Shown: positions 7,457 to 15,071 of the stretch, in pieces
Numbering within the stretch: position 1 is the first letter of the stretch
How the letters are laid out: every line of letters starts with the position of its first letter
Virus record (IMG/VR): IMGVR_UViG_3300025706_000005
DNA length: 60,913 nt
Source: a virus
Strand: one strand, 5' to 3'
Translations under genes and position numbers: made by a program
Notes under the pieces: generated by a model
Databases searched by the model: none
Told to the model about the DNA's origin: nothing
What the model saw: only the letters and a program-made list of their open reading frames with translations

Positions 7457-8121
7457 AAACCCTCCTTTTTGAGATACTCTACAACCTCTTCGTAAAGAGC
7501 AAAGGAATACTGCTGGCGTATCCGTTTCAGATATTCCAGAGCTTTCTCTTTCTTCTGCTTCTCGATGTCCACCAGGGCCTGAATGGCCCATTTCTGGTTC
7601 ACGGCTTCCCTGCGTCCTGCGTCGGCCTGGAAGGCTGCGTCCTTCATCTTGTTCCCCCAGGCTTCCTCTCTCTTCAGCCGCTTCTTCAGGGACCAGATAC
7701 GCAAGGCTCCCAGGCGGTAGAGTTTTGCCATTTCTTCCTGGCTCCAGGGCCGGGTGTCCTGGGTTTGGGCTTCCCGGATGCAGCCGCACTTTCCATTTTC
7801 CCGGACCAGGATTATTCCCGCGTGCGCCGGGACAAAAGACTGGGCCTTCTGGTTCTCTGCCAGGAAGGCCGGCATTGCAAAAAACAGATACTTGATGCGC
7901 TCTGACTTGTGGCCATGCTTCTTGATGGCGTCGCGGCGTAGGTCGTTGAGGCTGACTTTGATTTCAACCTCTGTTGCGTATCCTGCCGGGCTTATAACCA
8001 GCAGGTCCAGCTCATGCCTGAAATTCATTCCCCAGGATATGTTTGGGATAACCAGGTTCCTGCGGCAGTAAAATGGCCCGTATTGGTTTGTCAGGGCCAG
8101 TTCGATGTCCAGGGCGGTCAT
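7453..8121 (-). CDS. MmcB-like PD-(D/E)xK nuclease, paralog A, 222 aa, with coiled-coil C-terminal extension
   Basis: True start is the ATG at 8121, preceded by AGGAGGAGTTTCTG (the track start at 8148 is TTG). ELDLLVISPAGYATEVEIKVSLNDLRRD...HGHKSERIKYLFFAMP...PAHAGII aligns well with 58117..58725. Confidence 0.7.
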   Translation of the reverse strand: MTALDIELALTNQYGPFYCRRNLVIPNISWGMNFRHELDLLVISPAGYATEVEIKVSLNDLRRDAIKKHGHKSERIKYLFFAMPAFLAENQKAQSFVPAHAGIILVRENGKCGCIREAQTQDTRPWSQEEMAKLYRLGALRIWSLKKRLKREEAWGNKMKDAAFQADAGRREAVNQKWAIQALVDIEKQKKEKALEYLKRIRQQYSFALYEEVVEYLKKEGL

Positions 8122-8303
8122 CAGAAACTCCTCCTGCAATCCGGGCAATAATGCTCCCAGCGATCCAGGCTCTTCAGAACCTTCCAGCCCTTTTCTTTGG
8201 CCAGCAGCCTGGCGTCGTCGAAGTCCAGGGCCTGAAGCTCTGCGGTGCAGTTCTCGCCGTCACACCGGACAACTGTGGTATCGGCGTCGATGGTTTTAAG
8301 CAT
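8121..8303 (-). CDS. Hypothetical small protein, 60 aa
   Basis: ATG at 8303 preceded by GAGGAGCCAAGCCA. Contains C...C ... CPDC. Confidence 0.5.
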   Translation of the reverse strand: MLKTIDADTTVVRCDGENCTAELQALDFDDARLLAKEKGWKVLKSLDRWEHYCPDCRRSF

Positions 8304-9294
8304 TGGCTTGGCTCCTCGCTTTGGGGTCAAAGAAAACCCATTTCTTCGTCTTCAGGTAATGGTCCTCGTCCCAGAAAAGGTCACGCTTTCGGTCTTCGGG
8401 TAGTATCCGGTAATCGGCGTCCTCAATCTTCCCTCCGGCTGCCAGTATCTTCTCCGCCGTGGCGATGCGCTCCGTCATCAACCTCTCGGCCTCGGCCTTC
8501 TTCTCCTCCAGGGCGATGTCTTTCCCGGTCTGGAAATCCTGGAAGTTCTGGGTCAGGGCCTGCGCGAAGAAAGCCTGCGGGTTCTCAAGGGTCTTGAACC
8601 GGCGCTGGGTCAGCCTGGCCTTCTCCGCGATATACTCCATCGTGTAGTTCTGGGAAATCTGGTAGAGCCGTGAAACTGAAAGATGCAGCTTCCGGTTTAA
8701 AAAATCAAAGATGCCGTCCTGCTCCGCGTAGGCGTCTTCAGCGATCTGCTGCTCCCGGCTCTTTGCTTCCATGCCTTCGGGAGGTGACGCCTCTCTTGCA
8801 GCAGCATTTTCTTTTTCTTTTCTTTTACTTTTACTTTTACTTTCCCCCTCATTTGAGGGAGTTTCGCGGGGCTCCTGCGGAATAACTGCGGGATTGTTGC
8901 GGGTGGTTTCATCACCATCTTGCTGAAATTCGTCTGATTTCGCCGTTCTTTGTTTGCGGTGATTAATTGAGTCTATTCGCCGGTCAACGGCGTCCGATTT
9001 CATCTTTTTTAATGTTCTCCAGTTCACATCTGAAAAGAGTCCAAGTTCTACTGCTTTGGCCGCAATCTCCTCCAACTTTTTTTTGGTGATATGCAGGTCC
9101 CTGGCGAATAGAATTACGGCGCTTTCTGACAGGATATATTCGCCGTTGTTCCGGTAAATCCGTTCCAGGGTTTTGAAGTAGAAGGCGTATCCGGTTGGCC
9201 CGTATTCTGCCTCCAGGAGCCGGAGCTTTTCGTCGCTGCTGGCGTCGGTATCGTGGGGGAAGTAGTCGAGCCCTGTTTTATTTACGCGCGCCAT
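8296..9294 (-). CDS. Replication organiser/initiator with DUF4373 (Lin1244/Lin1753-like) N-terminal domain, 332 aa
   Basis: Start trimmed to the ATG at 9294, preceded by GGAGAACGA. MARVNKTGLDYFPHDTDASSDEKLRLLEAEYGPTGYAFYFKTLERIY matches the DUF4373 N-terminal signature seen in phage DnaD-like replication proteins (from memory). Confidence 0.65.
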   Translation of the reverse strand: MARVNKTGLDYFPHDTDASSDEKLRLLEAEYGPTGYAFYFKTLERIYRNNGEYILSESAVILFARDLHITKKKLEEIAAKAVELGLFSDVNWRTLKKMKSDAVDRRIDSINHRKQRTAKSDEFQQDGDETTRNNPAVIPQEPRETPSNEGESKSKSKRKEKENAAAREASPPEGMEAKSREQQIAEDAYAEQDGIFDFLNRKLHLSVSRLYQISQNYTMEYIAEKARLTQRRFKTLENPQAFFAQALTQNFQDFQTGKDIALEEKKAEAERLMTERIATAEKILAAGGKIEDADYRILPEDRKRDLFWDEDHYLKTKKWVFFDPKARSQANA

Positions 9295-9310
9295 TCGTTC
9301 TCCATAAAAG

Positions 9311-9395
9311 GCGCGCCCCCCAGGTCGCGCTTTGAAGTTTGGGAACAGGCAAAGGGCGCCGGAGATACCGGCCTTTGGACGCTGGGGGGGCGCGC
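9311..9395 (-). promoter_or_regulatory. Long-range GC-rich inverted repeat (candidate attenuator/structured leader) upstream of the replication gene
   Basis: GCGCGCCCCCCAG (9311-9323) pairs with CTGGGGGGGCGCGC (9382-9395), one extra G. An inner CCGG-N5-CCGG hairpin lies between them. On the minus strand the structure is followed by CTTTTAT and the RBS. Confidence 0.45.
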
Positions 9396-9427
9396 TGATT
9401 TTCTTTTCCTCATGCCTATTCCCGGTT

Positions 9428-9565
9428 TCATGATAATTCCTGGTCGTCGTCGAAGTCAAGGCCCTTTTCCATCGACCTGACAATCAAACAGACTGCCAGG
9501 CCGATGGCGTAAAGGATGCCTGAACAAATGACCAGTATGCCGATGCAGGTTAAAAAGCCGGCCAT
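9428..9565 (-). CDS. Candidate micro-protein, 45 aa, single-pass membrane with acidic tail
   Basis: ATG at 9565 preceded by GGAGCAAAG. MAGFLTCIGILVICSGILYAIGLAVCLIVRSMEKGLDFDDDQELS. Below the ORF-track length cutoff. Confidence 0.35.
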   Translation of the reverse strand: MAGFLTCIGILVICSGILYAIGLAVCLIVRSMEKGLDFDDDQELS

Positions 9566-9580
9566 CTTTGCTCCAGGGCT

Positions 9581-10108
9581 TTAGAAAGGTAGGTCCGGGT
9601 CGTCGTCAATCGGGCCAGCAGGAGGCTCTGGCAGCCTCGCGGAGCCCGGTTGCGCCTGGTTGTGGTGGTTCTGGGTGTCCGGCGGTCCTCCAGGCCTTCC
9701 AGGCGGGTTGCTGTCGTATTCCCTGGATTGCTGGCCAGGCGCGCCTTCAGTCTTCGACTGGCCCGGATTGATGATTATGAGCTGGTGGGCGTGGCGGTTG
9801 TAGTTCACCAGCTCAAAGGTCTGCCGGTCGCGCTGGTCCCTGTCCTTCCACTTTCGGATGGTCATTTCACCAGAGAAAAAGACCTTCGTGCCCTTCGTCA
9901 TGCGGGGCTTTATGGCCTCGGCCAGCTTCCCCCAGAGAACGCACTTAAACCAGGTGGTTTCCTCCGGCCTGTTGGCCTGCGGGTCAGCCGGCTTCGTCGT
10001 GGCCACGTCGAAAGACATAACCGGCGTCTGGTTGTTGGTGTATCGGAGTTCGGCTCCGTGGCCCAGGTTTCCTACGATTTCAGCGTGGTTTAACCAGATT
10101 TGGCTCAT
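9581..10108 (-). CDS. ssb: Single-stranded DNA-binding protein, 175 aa
   Basis: ATG at 10108 preceded by AAAAGGAGGGCAA. OB-fold-like N-terminus (NHAEIVGNLGHGAELRYTNN...WFKCVLWGKLAE). Gly/Pro/Gln-rich linker and acidic tip DDDPDLPF. Confidence 0.85.
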   Translation of the reverse strand: MSQIWLNHAEIVGNLGHGAELRYTNNQTPVMSFDVATTKPADPQANRPEETTWFKCVLWGKLAEAIKPRMTKGTKVFFSGEMTIRKWKDRDQRDRQTFELVNYNRHAHQLIIINPGQSKTEGAPGQQSREYDSNPPGRPGGPPDTQNHHNQAQPGSARLPEPPAGPIDDDPDLPF

Positions 10109-10299
10109 TTGCCCTCCTTTTTGATGGCCCTGACAATTCGGCCCATTGCGGTCCAGATTAAGACTGAACGAAACGGCCATGACATAAACCAGGCAGTAGA
10201 TACCGCCCGGTTCCAGGTGGTGCAATAAACCACCTGCGTCTTGGCCAGCTGATCTACGCTTCTGAAGCGTCGCCCTGGTTCGTATTTCCTGCGGCTCAT
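10105..10299 (-). CDS. Hypothetical protein, 64 aa
   Basis: ATG at 10299 in an ATGA overlap with the annealase stop. Its own stop overlaps the ssb start. Confidence 0.4.
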   Translation of the reverse strand: MSRRKYEPGRRFRSVDQLAKTQVVYCTTWNRAVSTAWFMSWPFRSVLIWTAMGRIVRAIKKEGK

Positions 10300-11972
10300 T
10301 TCTCCGCCTCCTTCAACTTCAGGCAGGCGACTGGGACCGGGTAGGCTACGCCGATGGTCTTCACGCACAACTGCTTCGTGACCGGCTCCAGGAAGGCAGG
10401 GCCCGTGATGGTAGTGGTGCAGTATGGCTTGCTGCCGGGCAAGGCGCTTACCTCAACGTCCGCGCCTACTTTCACCCATTCCGGCACCTGGTCGTTGGCG
10501 CCGTAAAAGGATTTGATGGGCTCCTTCTTCGGCGGCTCCATGCCGGGGATGCAGGTCTGCTCCAGCTTCTTGGGCTTTGTTTCAGACTTGGGGACTGTGG
10601 CTGAGATCGCGTCTTTGGTGTTCTGAATGTAGTGCTTGGCCATGTCGTAGTCGGCCTGGGTCATGCCGGCGGCTTCCGCGTCCAGGGCCTTCATGATGGC
10701 GTCGCACATAGCCCGGTTCTTGGCGCCGTCGGCGCTGTTGATGATGCGCTCCAGGATTTCCTTGCTCTTCGCCGGGTCCTTCGGAGCCTCTGCGGTGGGC
10801 GGTTCCTGCGGCTGGGGTTTGGCCTTGGCTTGCTTCTCAAGCTCTTCGTTGTGGCGCTTTTCCTGGCTGGCTTTCCCGTGGTCTTCGGGAAGTTTGGCGT
10901 TGTGGTCGATGGGGTCGAAAATACCAGGCTTCGTTTCAGCCGGTTCAGAAACCGTAGTTTCGGGTATAGGACAACCGGAAGCCGGTGCCTTCTCCTCTTT
11001 CTTGGCCGACGGAGTGATGAAGGCGTGCTTTTCCTTGTAGATGGCGGAGAGAAGGTCCAGGTGTTCCGGCAGCATTTGGGCCTCTGTCTTCCTCACGGCC
11101 TCGATGGCCTTGTCCAGCTCTTCAAAGGTCGTGGCGTTCCTGATGGCGGTTTCGTGGGATACCATGACCTGTGTGCTGCTCTCGCTTGTGACCTGCGTGC
11201 CGGGCACGCTGCCAAACATGAGGAGCTTCTTCTTGGTCTTGTAGGCGTCCTCGGCCATCTTCCTGTGGCCCTCTTCCATGCCCAGGATAGTGATTTTGTG
11301 GGTGCCCTTCACAACCTCGTCCAAAGTCACGATGTCCTGGGCGGAGTCGATGGCCTCCATTACTGCGTCCAGGAGCTGCTGGCGCTCGTCTTCGACGGCT
11401 GAAGGCGCCTGGGCCTGGGGTTCTTCTAGCTGCATCTGCGGAGCGATTTCGTTGGCAGCCCGGATGCGGCGCCGGCGGGTGTTGCCTTCGTCGTTGTCCG
11501 GTAGGTCGCGCTCAATCTCCTCGGTATTCATGCCGCCCAGGATGCCGGGGTCCATGAGCCCGACACCTTCAGAGATAACGCGCGCGGTCAACATTTGCCG
11601 GGGGTAGGAAATCCATACATCCTTCGTCGCCAGGCCGGCGGCCTTCGCCATTTCGATTGTCCAGGTGATGATTTGCTTCTCGCCGTCCTTCTCAAAGACG
11701 GCCTCAACCTTCGTCGCGGTGCGCTCGGTGAAACAGACGTGCCCTCCGCGCTCTTTGAAGGCAGATAGAAGGGCGCTGCTCTTCCAGGTCGGACGGCCTT
11801 TGATGATGTGATACCGGGCCAGGGCCTTCATCGGGTGCAGGCCTTCGGCGTTGCATATCATCATCAGGGCAAAGGCCTGCTCTGTGGTTTCCAGGCCAGG
11901 GAACAGGCGGCTCTTGGCCACGGCAGCGGCCATCGAGCTGACTTCTGGGATGGTCATTAAGGCGTTTGACAT
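10296..11972 (-). CDS. Redbeta/RecT-superfamily single-strand annealing protein with a roughly 390-aa C-terminal extension, 558 aa
   Basis: The N-terminal ~165 aa parallel lambda Bet. QAFALMMICNAEGLHPMKALARYHIIKG corresponds to QFIALLIVANQYGLNPWTKEIYAF, and YPRQMLTARVISEGVGL to HPKRMLRHKAMIQCARL. The gene sits in an exonuclease/annealase/SSB cluster. Confidence 0.6.
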   Translation of the reverse strand: MSNALMTIPEVSSMAAAVAKSRLFPGLETTEQAFALMMICNAEGLHPMKALARYHIIKGRPTWKSSALLSAFKERGGHVCFTERTATKVEAVFEKDGEKQIITWTIEMAKAAGLATKDVWISYPRQMLTARVISEGVGLMDPGILGGMNTEEIERDLPDNDEGNTRRRRIRAANEIAPQMQLEEPQAQAPSAVEDERQQLLDAVMEAIDSAQDIVTLDEVVKGTHKITILGMEEGHRKMAEDAYKTKKKLLMFGSVPGTQVTSESSTQVMVSHETAIRNATTFEELDKAIEAVRKTEAQMLPEHLDLLSAIYKEKHAFITPSAKKEEKAPASGCPIPETTVSEPAETKPGIFDPIDHNAKLPEDHGKASQEKRHNEELEKQAKAKPQPQEPPTAEAPKDPAKSKEILERIINSADGAKNRAMCDAIMKALDAEAAGMTQADYDMAKHYIQNTKDAISATVPKSETKPKKLEQTCIPGMEPPKKEPIKSFYGANDQVPEWVKVGADVEVSALPGSKPYCTTTITGPAFLEPVTKQLCVKTIGVAYPVPVACLKLKEAEK

Positions 11973-11985
11973 TAAAGGTTCTCCT

Positions 11986-12387
11986 TTAGGGGTTAAAGCA
12001 GCCAGGGTTTCTGCGTTGGAAGTCCCTCACCACGTCCAGGTAATCCGGGATTGTGAATAGGCGTATCTGGCGCCCGTGATTGCCGGCCATGCGTGTAATT
12101 TTCCAGGCAACCGGGACAAATTGGTCGCGCTGGCCTACGACGGCTCCGAAAAATCGGTTGTCGCCTATGTTGTCCAGAACCTGAAGCGGCAACCGATCTC
12201 TCAAGTCATCGGTGGTAAAAACATGGGGTATCCCATAAACGGCCAGGCCGATGTTCCGGTGGCAAAGATGCCGGCAGTAATCCCGGACGCGCTGCGTCAG
12301 CTCCGGGCTCTTCTGCCTCTGAAGCTCCAGGATTTCATCGCGGAGCTTCAGGCCCTGGTCAATCAGCTCGGCCCTGGTAATACTCAT
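11986..12387 (-). CDS. Hypothetical protein, 133 aa
   Basis: ATGA-coupled ORF between the exonuclease and annealase genes. Confidence 0.5.
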   Translation of the reverse strand: MSITRAELIDQGLKLRDEILELQRQKSPELTQRVRDYCRHLCHRNIGLAVYGIPHVFTTDDLRDRLPLQVLDNIGDNRFFGAVVGQRDQFVPVAWKITRMAGNHGRQIRLFTIPDYLDVVRDFQRRNPGCFNP

Positions 12388-12680
12388 TTATCCTCCTTGT
12401 GCATGAGTATCATCCCAGTCGTGGCGTCGATGCGGATACGCTTTCCGAATTTCTGAAGCCGGGCCTCCAGCTGGCTCCAGAACAGGCGCCGCGTGCTTTC
12501 GTATTTCGCGGCGGCGTCCTCGGCTTCGGCCTTCAGAGTGTCCAGCAGGTTCCAGGTCTTGACCTCGCCTTCGTCCAGCATACCCAGATTAATGGTGAAG
12601 TCGTCTTTGCTGATGCCTTGCAGCATTTCCATCAGCTTTCTCACGGGTGCCGGCACGCCTTCCAGTTCTTCCGGGCTCAT
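12384..12680 (-). CDS. Hypothetical acidic protein, 98 aa
   Basis: ATGA-coupled ORF. Confidence 0.5.
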   Translation of the reverse strand: MSPEELEGVPAPVRKLMEMLQGISKDDFTINLGMLDEGEVKTWNLLDTLKAEAEDAAAKYESTRRLFWSQLEARLQKFGKRIRIDATTGMILMHKEDK

Positions 12681-13408
12681 TCGTCCCTCCCGGCCCAGCT
12701 GTCCAGGACCTTCTTGTAGGGGTGGACGGCCTTCAGGAGCTTGAAGACCTCCCAGCCATGCCGGAGCTTTTCTTCGACGATGGGGTGGGGCATGAAGCTG
12801 CCGTCCTCCTTGTTCATCTGGAGAATGAGAACCTGGTGAATGTCGTAGCGGTGGGTCCTCAAAAGCTCCCGGTAGGCGGCTACCTGGATGATGTAGTCGG
12901 CATAGACGGCCTTGCTGGTCTTGTAGTCCACCAGGACCAGAGTATCGCGGATAAGAGCCAGGGCGTCGATGGTGCCGGCAAAGTCCTGGGCTTCGTCAAT
13001 CAGTTCCAGCTCCGTTCCAACCCATTTCGGCTTCTCGCGCTGGGCCCAGTCGTAGAAGCCCAGGAAAGCGGTCTGCGCCTTCGCTTCGCAATCCGTCTTC
13101 TTCTGGCGCTGCTCCTCGGTTTCCGTGGGGATTTTGGTTAGATCGGGGCGGAGCTGCTTCGCAAAGCAATCCGCAAAGTAGTGGGCCATCTTGCCGGCGT
13201 CGGCTTCGGGCTTCCGGCCATCTTCCAGGGTCCGGCCTTCCAGGCCCAGCTTGTTCGCCCAATGCAGCAGGCCAGGCTGGCTCCAGGCCAGGTTCTTCAG
13301 GATGGTGGTGACGCTGGGAATGGTCCGGCCCTTGAGCTTGTAGGGCTTCTTGCGCTCGGACAGAAGCAGGGGATCTGCCATCGGCCAGTCGGGTAAAAAG
13401 ACGTTCAT
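12677..13408 (-). CDS. RecB/Cas4/lambda-Exo-type PD-(D/E)xK exonuclease, 243 aa
   Basis: FAGTIDALALIRDTLVLVDYKTSKAVYADYIIQVAAYRELL carries the D ... D-Y-K ... QxxxY motifs typical of this exonuclease family. Confidence 0.7.
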   Translation of the reverse strand: MNVFLPDWPMADPLLLSERKKPYKLKGRTIPSVTTILKNLAWSQPGLLHWANKLGLEGRTLEDGRKPEADAGKMAHYFADCFAKQLRPDLTKIPTETEEQRQKKTDCEAKAQTAFLGFYDWAQREKPKWVGTELELIDEAQDFAGTIDALALIRDTLVLVDYKTSKAVYADYIIQVAAYRELLRTHRYDIHQVLILQMNKEDGSFMPHPIVEEKLRHGWEVFKLLKAVHPYKKVLDSWAGRDE

Positions 13409-13596
13409 GATGCGGTCCCTTTCTCTATGTTCGCCAGCTTCGCTGCGAAGTTAAGGTGTTTCTGGAGTGCGGTTTCTACCACGTCCTCCTGAATGTGACG
13501 CTCTCCGTCGATTTCGCCTTTGCAGTAGGCTTCAAGTCGCGCCTTCGTGGCGGCCTTCACCCTCGCGGTGATTGTGACGATTTCTTCTTTCGGCAT
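13405..13596 (-). CDS. Hypothetical small protein, 63 aa, possibly ribbon-helix-helix
   Basis: N-terminal beta-like IVTITARV followed by two helical stretches. The assignment is weak. Confidence 0.4.
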   Translation of the reverse strand: MPKEEIVTITARVKAATKARLEAYCKGEIDGERHIQEDVVETALQKHLNFAAKLANIEKGTAS

Positions 13597-13614
13597 TGAC
13601 AGGACCTCCTTCAG

Positions 13615-13929
13615 TTAAGAGTTAATGAGCTTGAAAGCTCCGTGGGTTATCATGTTCTCCAGCCTGGCCAGTTCCATCCTGACGACGATGGCGCCGGGCT
13701 CCCTGTGCAGGTGAACAAGGCCGGAGCCGCTGTCGATGCAGATTACTTTGAATGTTCGCACCTGTTCGCCTTCTGCCCGGTAGGTGGAGCCGATGCGCGG
13801 GACCATCTGCGGGTTGCCGGACAATGCCCTGGAGTAGCATGGCTGGCAAATTCCATGCGTGATGTTCTTGTCTTCAAAGGGCTCTTTCTCGCCCATGCTC
13901 TTCTCGCACCATGAACAGACGATAATCAT
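13615..13929 (-). CDS. Hypothetical zinc-finger protein, 104 aa
   Basis: CSWC ... CQPC pairs at the N-terminus. Confidence 0.5.
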   Translation of the reverse strand: MIIVCSWCEKSMGEKEPFEDKNITHGICQPCYSRALSGNPQMVPRIGSTYRAEGEQVRTFKVICIDSGSGLVHLHREPGAIVVRMELARLENMITHGAFKLINS

Positions 13930-13948
13930 TTTACCTCTGGGGTAAAGG

Positions 13949-14281
13949 TTAAATCCTGAAGCCGGCAGTCATGAGCCGGCCCCTTGCAGCCAGGTCCCTG
14001 GCGTTTTTGATGTGTTCCATGAGAACGTGGTAGGTGTAGCAACTGCTCCGGCCTTCCTGGTCCCAGTCGCCGTTGAATTTCTTGTAGTCCGCCTCAATCT
14101 CGTCGAGCTGCCTCTTTATGCTGTCAAATACTTTCTGGGCCGGATTTCCGGACCTGGCTTCTTCTTCTCGCCTCTCCTCTTGCTGCTTCCTGTTCTTCCA
14201 CCATAACCGGGCGGCTTCCATGCGTTCAGCTTCCCGGAGGTCTTCATTCAGGCGGCCAAAATATTCATTGTAAAGGTCCAT
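13949..14281 (-). CDS. Hypothetical protein, 110 aa, first gene of the early/middle operon
   Basis: ATG preceded by AAAGGAGTTTTA, directly downstream of the AT-rich promoter region. Confidence 0.55.
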   Translation of the reverse strand: MDLYNEYFGRLNEDLREAERMEAARLWWKNRKQQEERREEEARSGNPAQKVFDSIKRQLDEIEADYKKFNGDWDQEGRSSCYTYHVLMEHIKNARDLAARGRLMTAGFRI

Positions 14282-14310
14282 TAAAACTCCTTTGTCTGTT
14301 CCCAGAATAA

Positions 14311-14348
14311 GAAATAATTTATTTGCAATAAATTGTCAACAATTTATT
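14311..14348 (-). promoter_or_regulatory. Candidate early promoter (TTGACA-N17-TATTTC) embedded in a 9-4-9 palindrome
   Basis: Minus strand has TTGACA at 14339-14334 and a weak -10 TATTTC at 14316-14311. The palindrome AATAAATTG-TCAA-CAATTTATT spans 14327-14348 and covers the -35. Confidence 0.4.
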
Positions 14349-14360
14349 TCATTTATTTTT

Positions 14361-14400
14361 AGAAAAGAAAAGGGACCGGAAAGGCGGGTGCCCGGTCCCT
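14361..14400 (-). terminator. Rho-independent terminator closing the late operon
   Basis: Minus strand reads AGGGACCGG-GCACCCGCCTTT-CCGGTCCCT (9-bp stem) followed by TTTCTTTTCT. It lies 46 nt after the last late gene. Confidence 0.75.
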
Positions 14401-14445
14401 TAAAGACAATGATGGGATGCAGGTGGTAAAATAGGTTTGCCGGCG

Positions 14446-14637
14446 TCAGGTCGGCAACTTAAACCTTGCCTTCAGCTGCTCGGTGACGAAATGGATGGCT
14501 GCCAGGACCAGGGGGACGCTTACCTCGACCGGCATATCCCGGAGCCCTGGGACTGTTGTTGCCAGGTAAGATGCCAGGCTGCCGGCGCCTGCGGCCATGC
14601 CGTAGCGTGGGGCGTGTTTCTGGAATTGCTGTTTCAT
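14446..14637 (-). CDS. Small membrane-associated protein, 63 aa (holin/lysis-accessory candidate by position)
   Basis: ATGA-coupled to the upstream enzyme gene. Hydrophobic stretches GMAAGAGSLASYLATTV and VSVPLVLAAIHFV. Confidence 0.45.
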   Translation of the reverse strand: MKQQFQKHAPRYGMAAGAGSLASYLATTVPGLRDMPVEVSVPLVLAAIHFVTEQLKARFKLPT

Positions 14638-15071
14638 TTTGTTATCCTGTCGATGATGTTTAAATACCAGCTCTGCTGGTTCAAGGTCGCGGCCAGCAGT
14701 TCAAAGAAAGCCTGCTTGCTGGAGCTGATGCCAGGGCCCTTCCGTCCGTCCGGCAGAACAATGTCGTCGTATCCATTGCCGACGGCGATGCAGCCTTCCA
14801 GTTGCTCGGCCAGGTTCGCGCAATGAACCAACACGCCTTCGCGGAAAGGAACATTGTTCAAAAGAAAAGTCCAGGCCTTCAGTCTGTTGCTGAAGTGCCT
14901 GGTGCAAAGATACTGGCCGGCGGGGATGCGGCTTATCTTCTTTGCGTTGTTCTTCCACGGCAGTTCCAGCGTGCAGCAGAAGGGGATTGCACCCTTCTTC
15001 ATCACCCCGAAAGTTCCATATTTCGGGTCATCGCATATCCTGATAGTGTCAATCTCAATCAGCTTTTTCAT
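14634..15071 (-). CDS. DUF5675-like protein with a YkuD-like His/Cys motif, 145 aa (candidate cell-wall enzyme)
   Basis: ATG at 15071 in an ATGA overlap with the giant ORF stop. RIPAGQYLCTRH ... VLVHCANLAEQLEGCIAVG resembles the IPAGxY ... HxGN ... GCI pattern (from memory). Confidence 0.5.
   Translation of the reverse strand: MKKLIEIDTIRICDDPKYGTFGVMKKGAIPFCCTLELPWKNNAKKISRIPAGQYLCTRHFSNRLKAWTFLLNNVPFREGVLVHCANLAEQLEGCIAVGNGYDDIVLPDGRKGPGISSSKQAFFELLAATLNQQSWYLNIIDRITK

Noticed and set aside
7457-7789. N-terminal extensions of several track ORFs: 7052..7789, 3808..4317, 6137..6598, 8296..9483, 9581..10225, 10105..10368, 36536..40099, 7453..8148 and 14634..15086.
   Set aside because: The extensions overlap the preceding gene by tens to hundreds of nt, are low in complexity (R/G/P/S-rich), and often begin at TTG or GTG. 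In each case an internal ATG with a GGAG-type RBS and an ATGA-style overlap gives a cleaner gene.
9077-9084. Homopolymer runs of eight T (A8 on the coding strand) inside the replication gene (9077-9084) and the giant ORF (22802-22809) as possible slippage or phase-variation sites.
   Set aside because: They encode ordinary Lys-Lys stretches. No alternative-frame ORF of meaningful length follows them, and runs of this length are expected by chance in Lys-rich regions.
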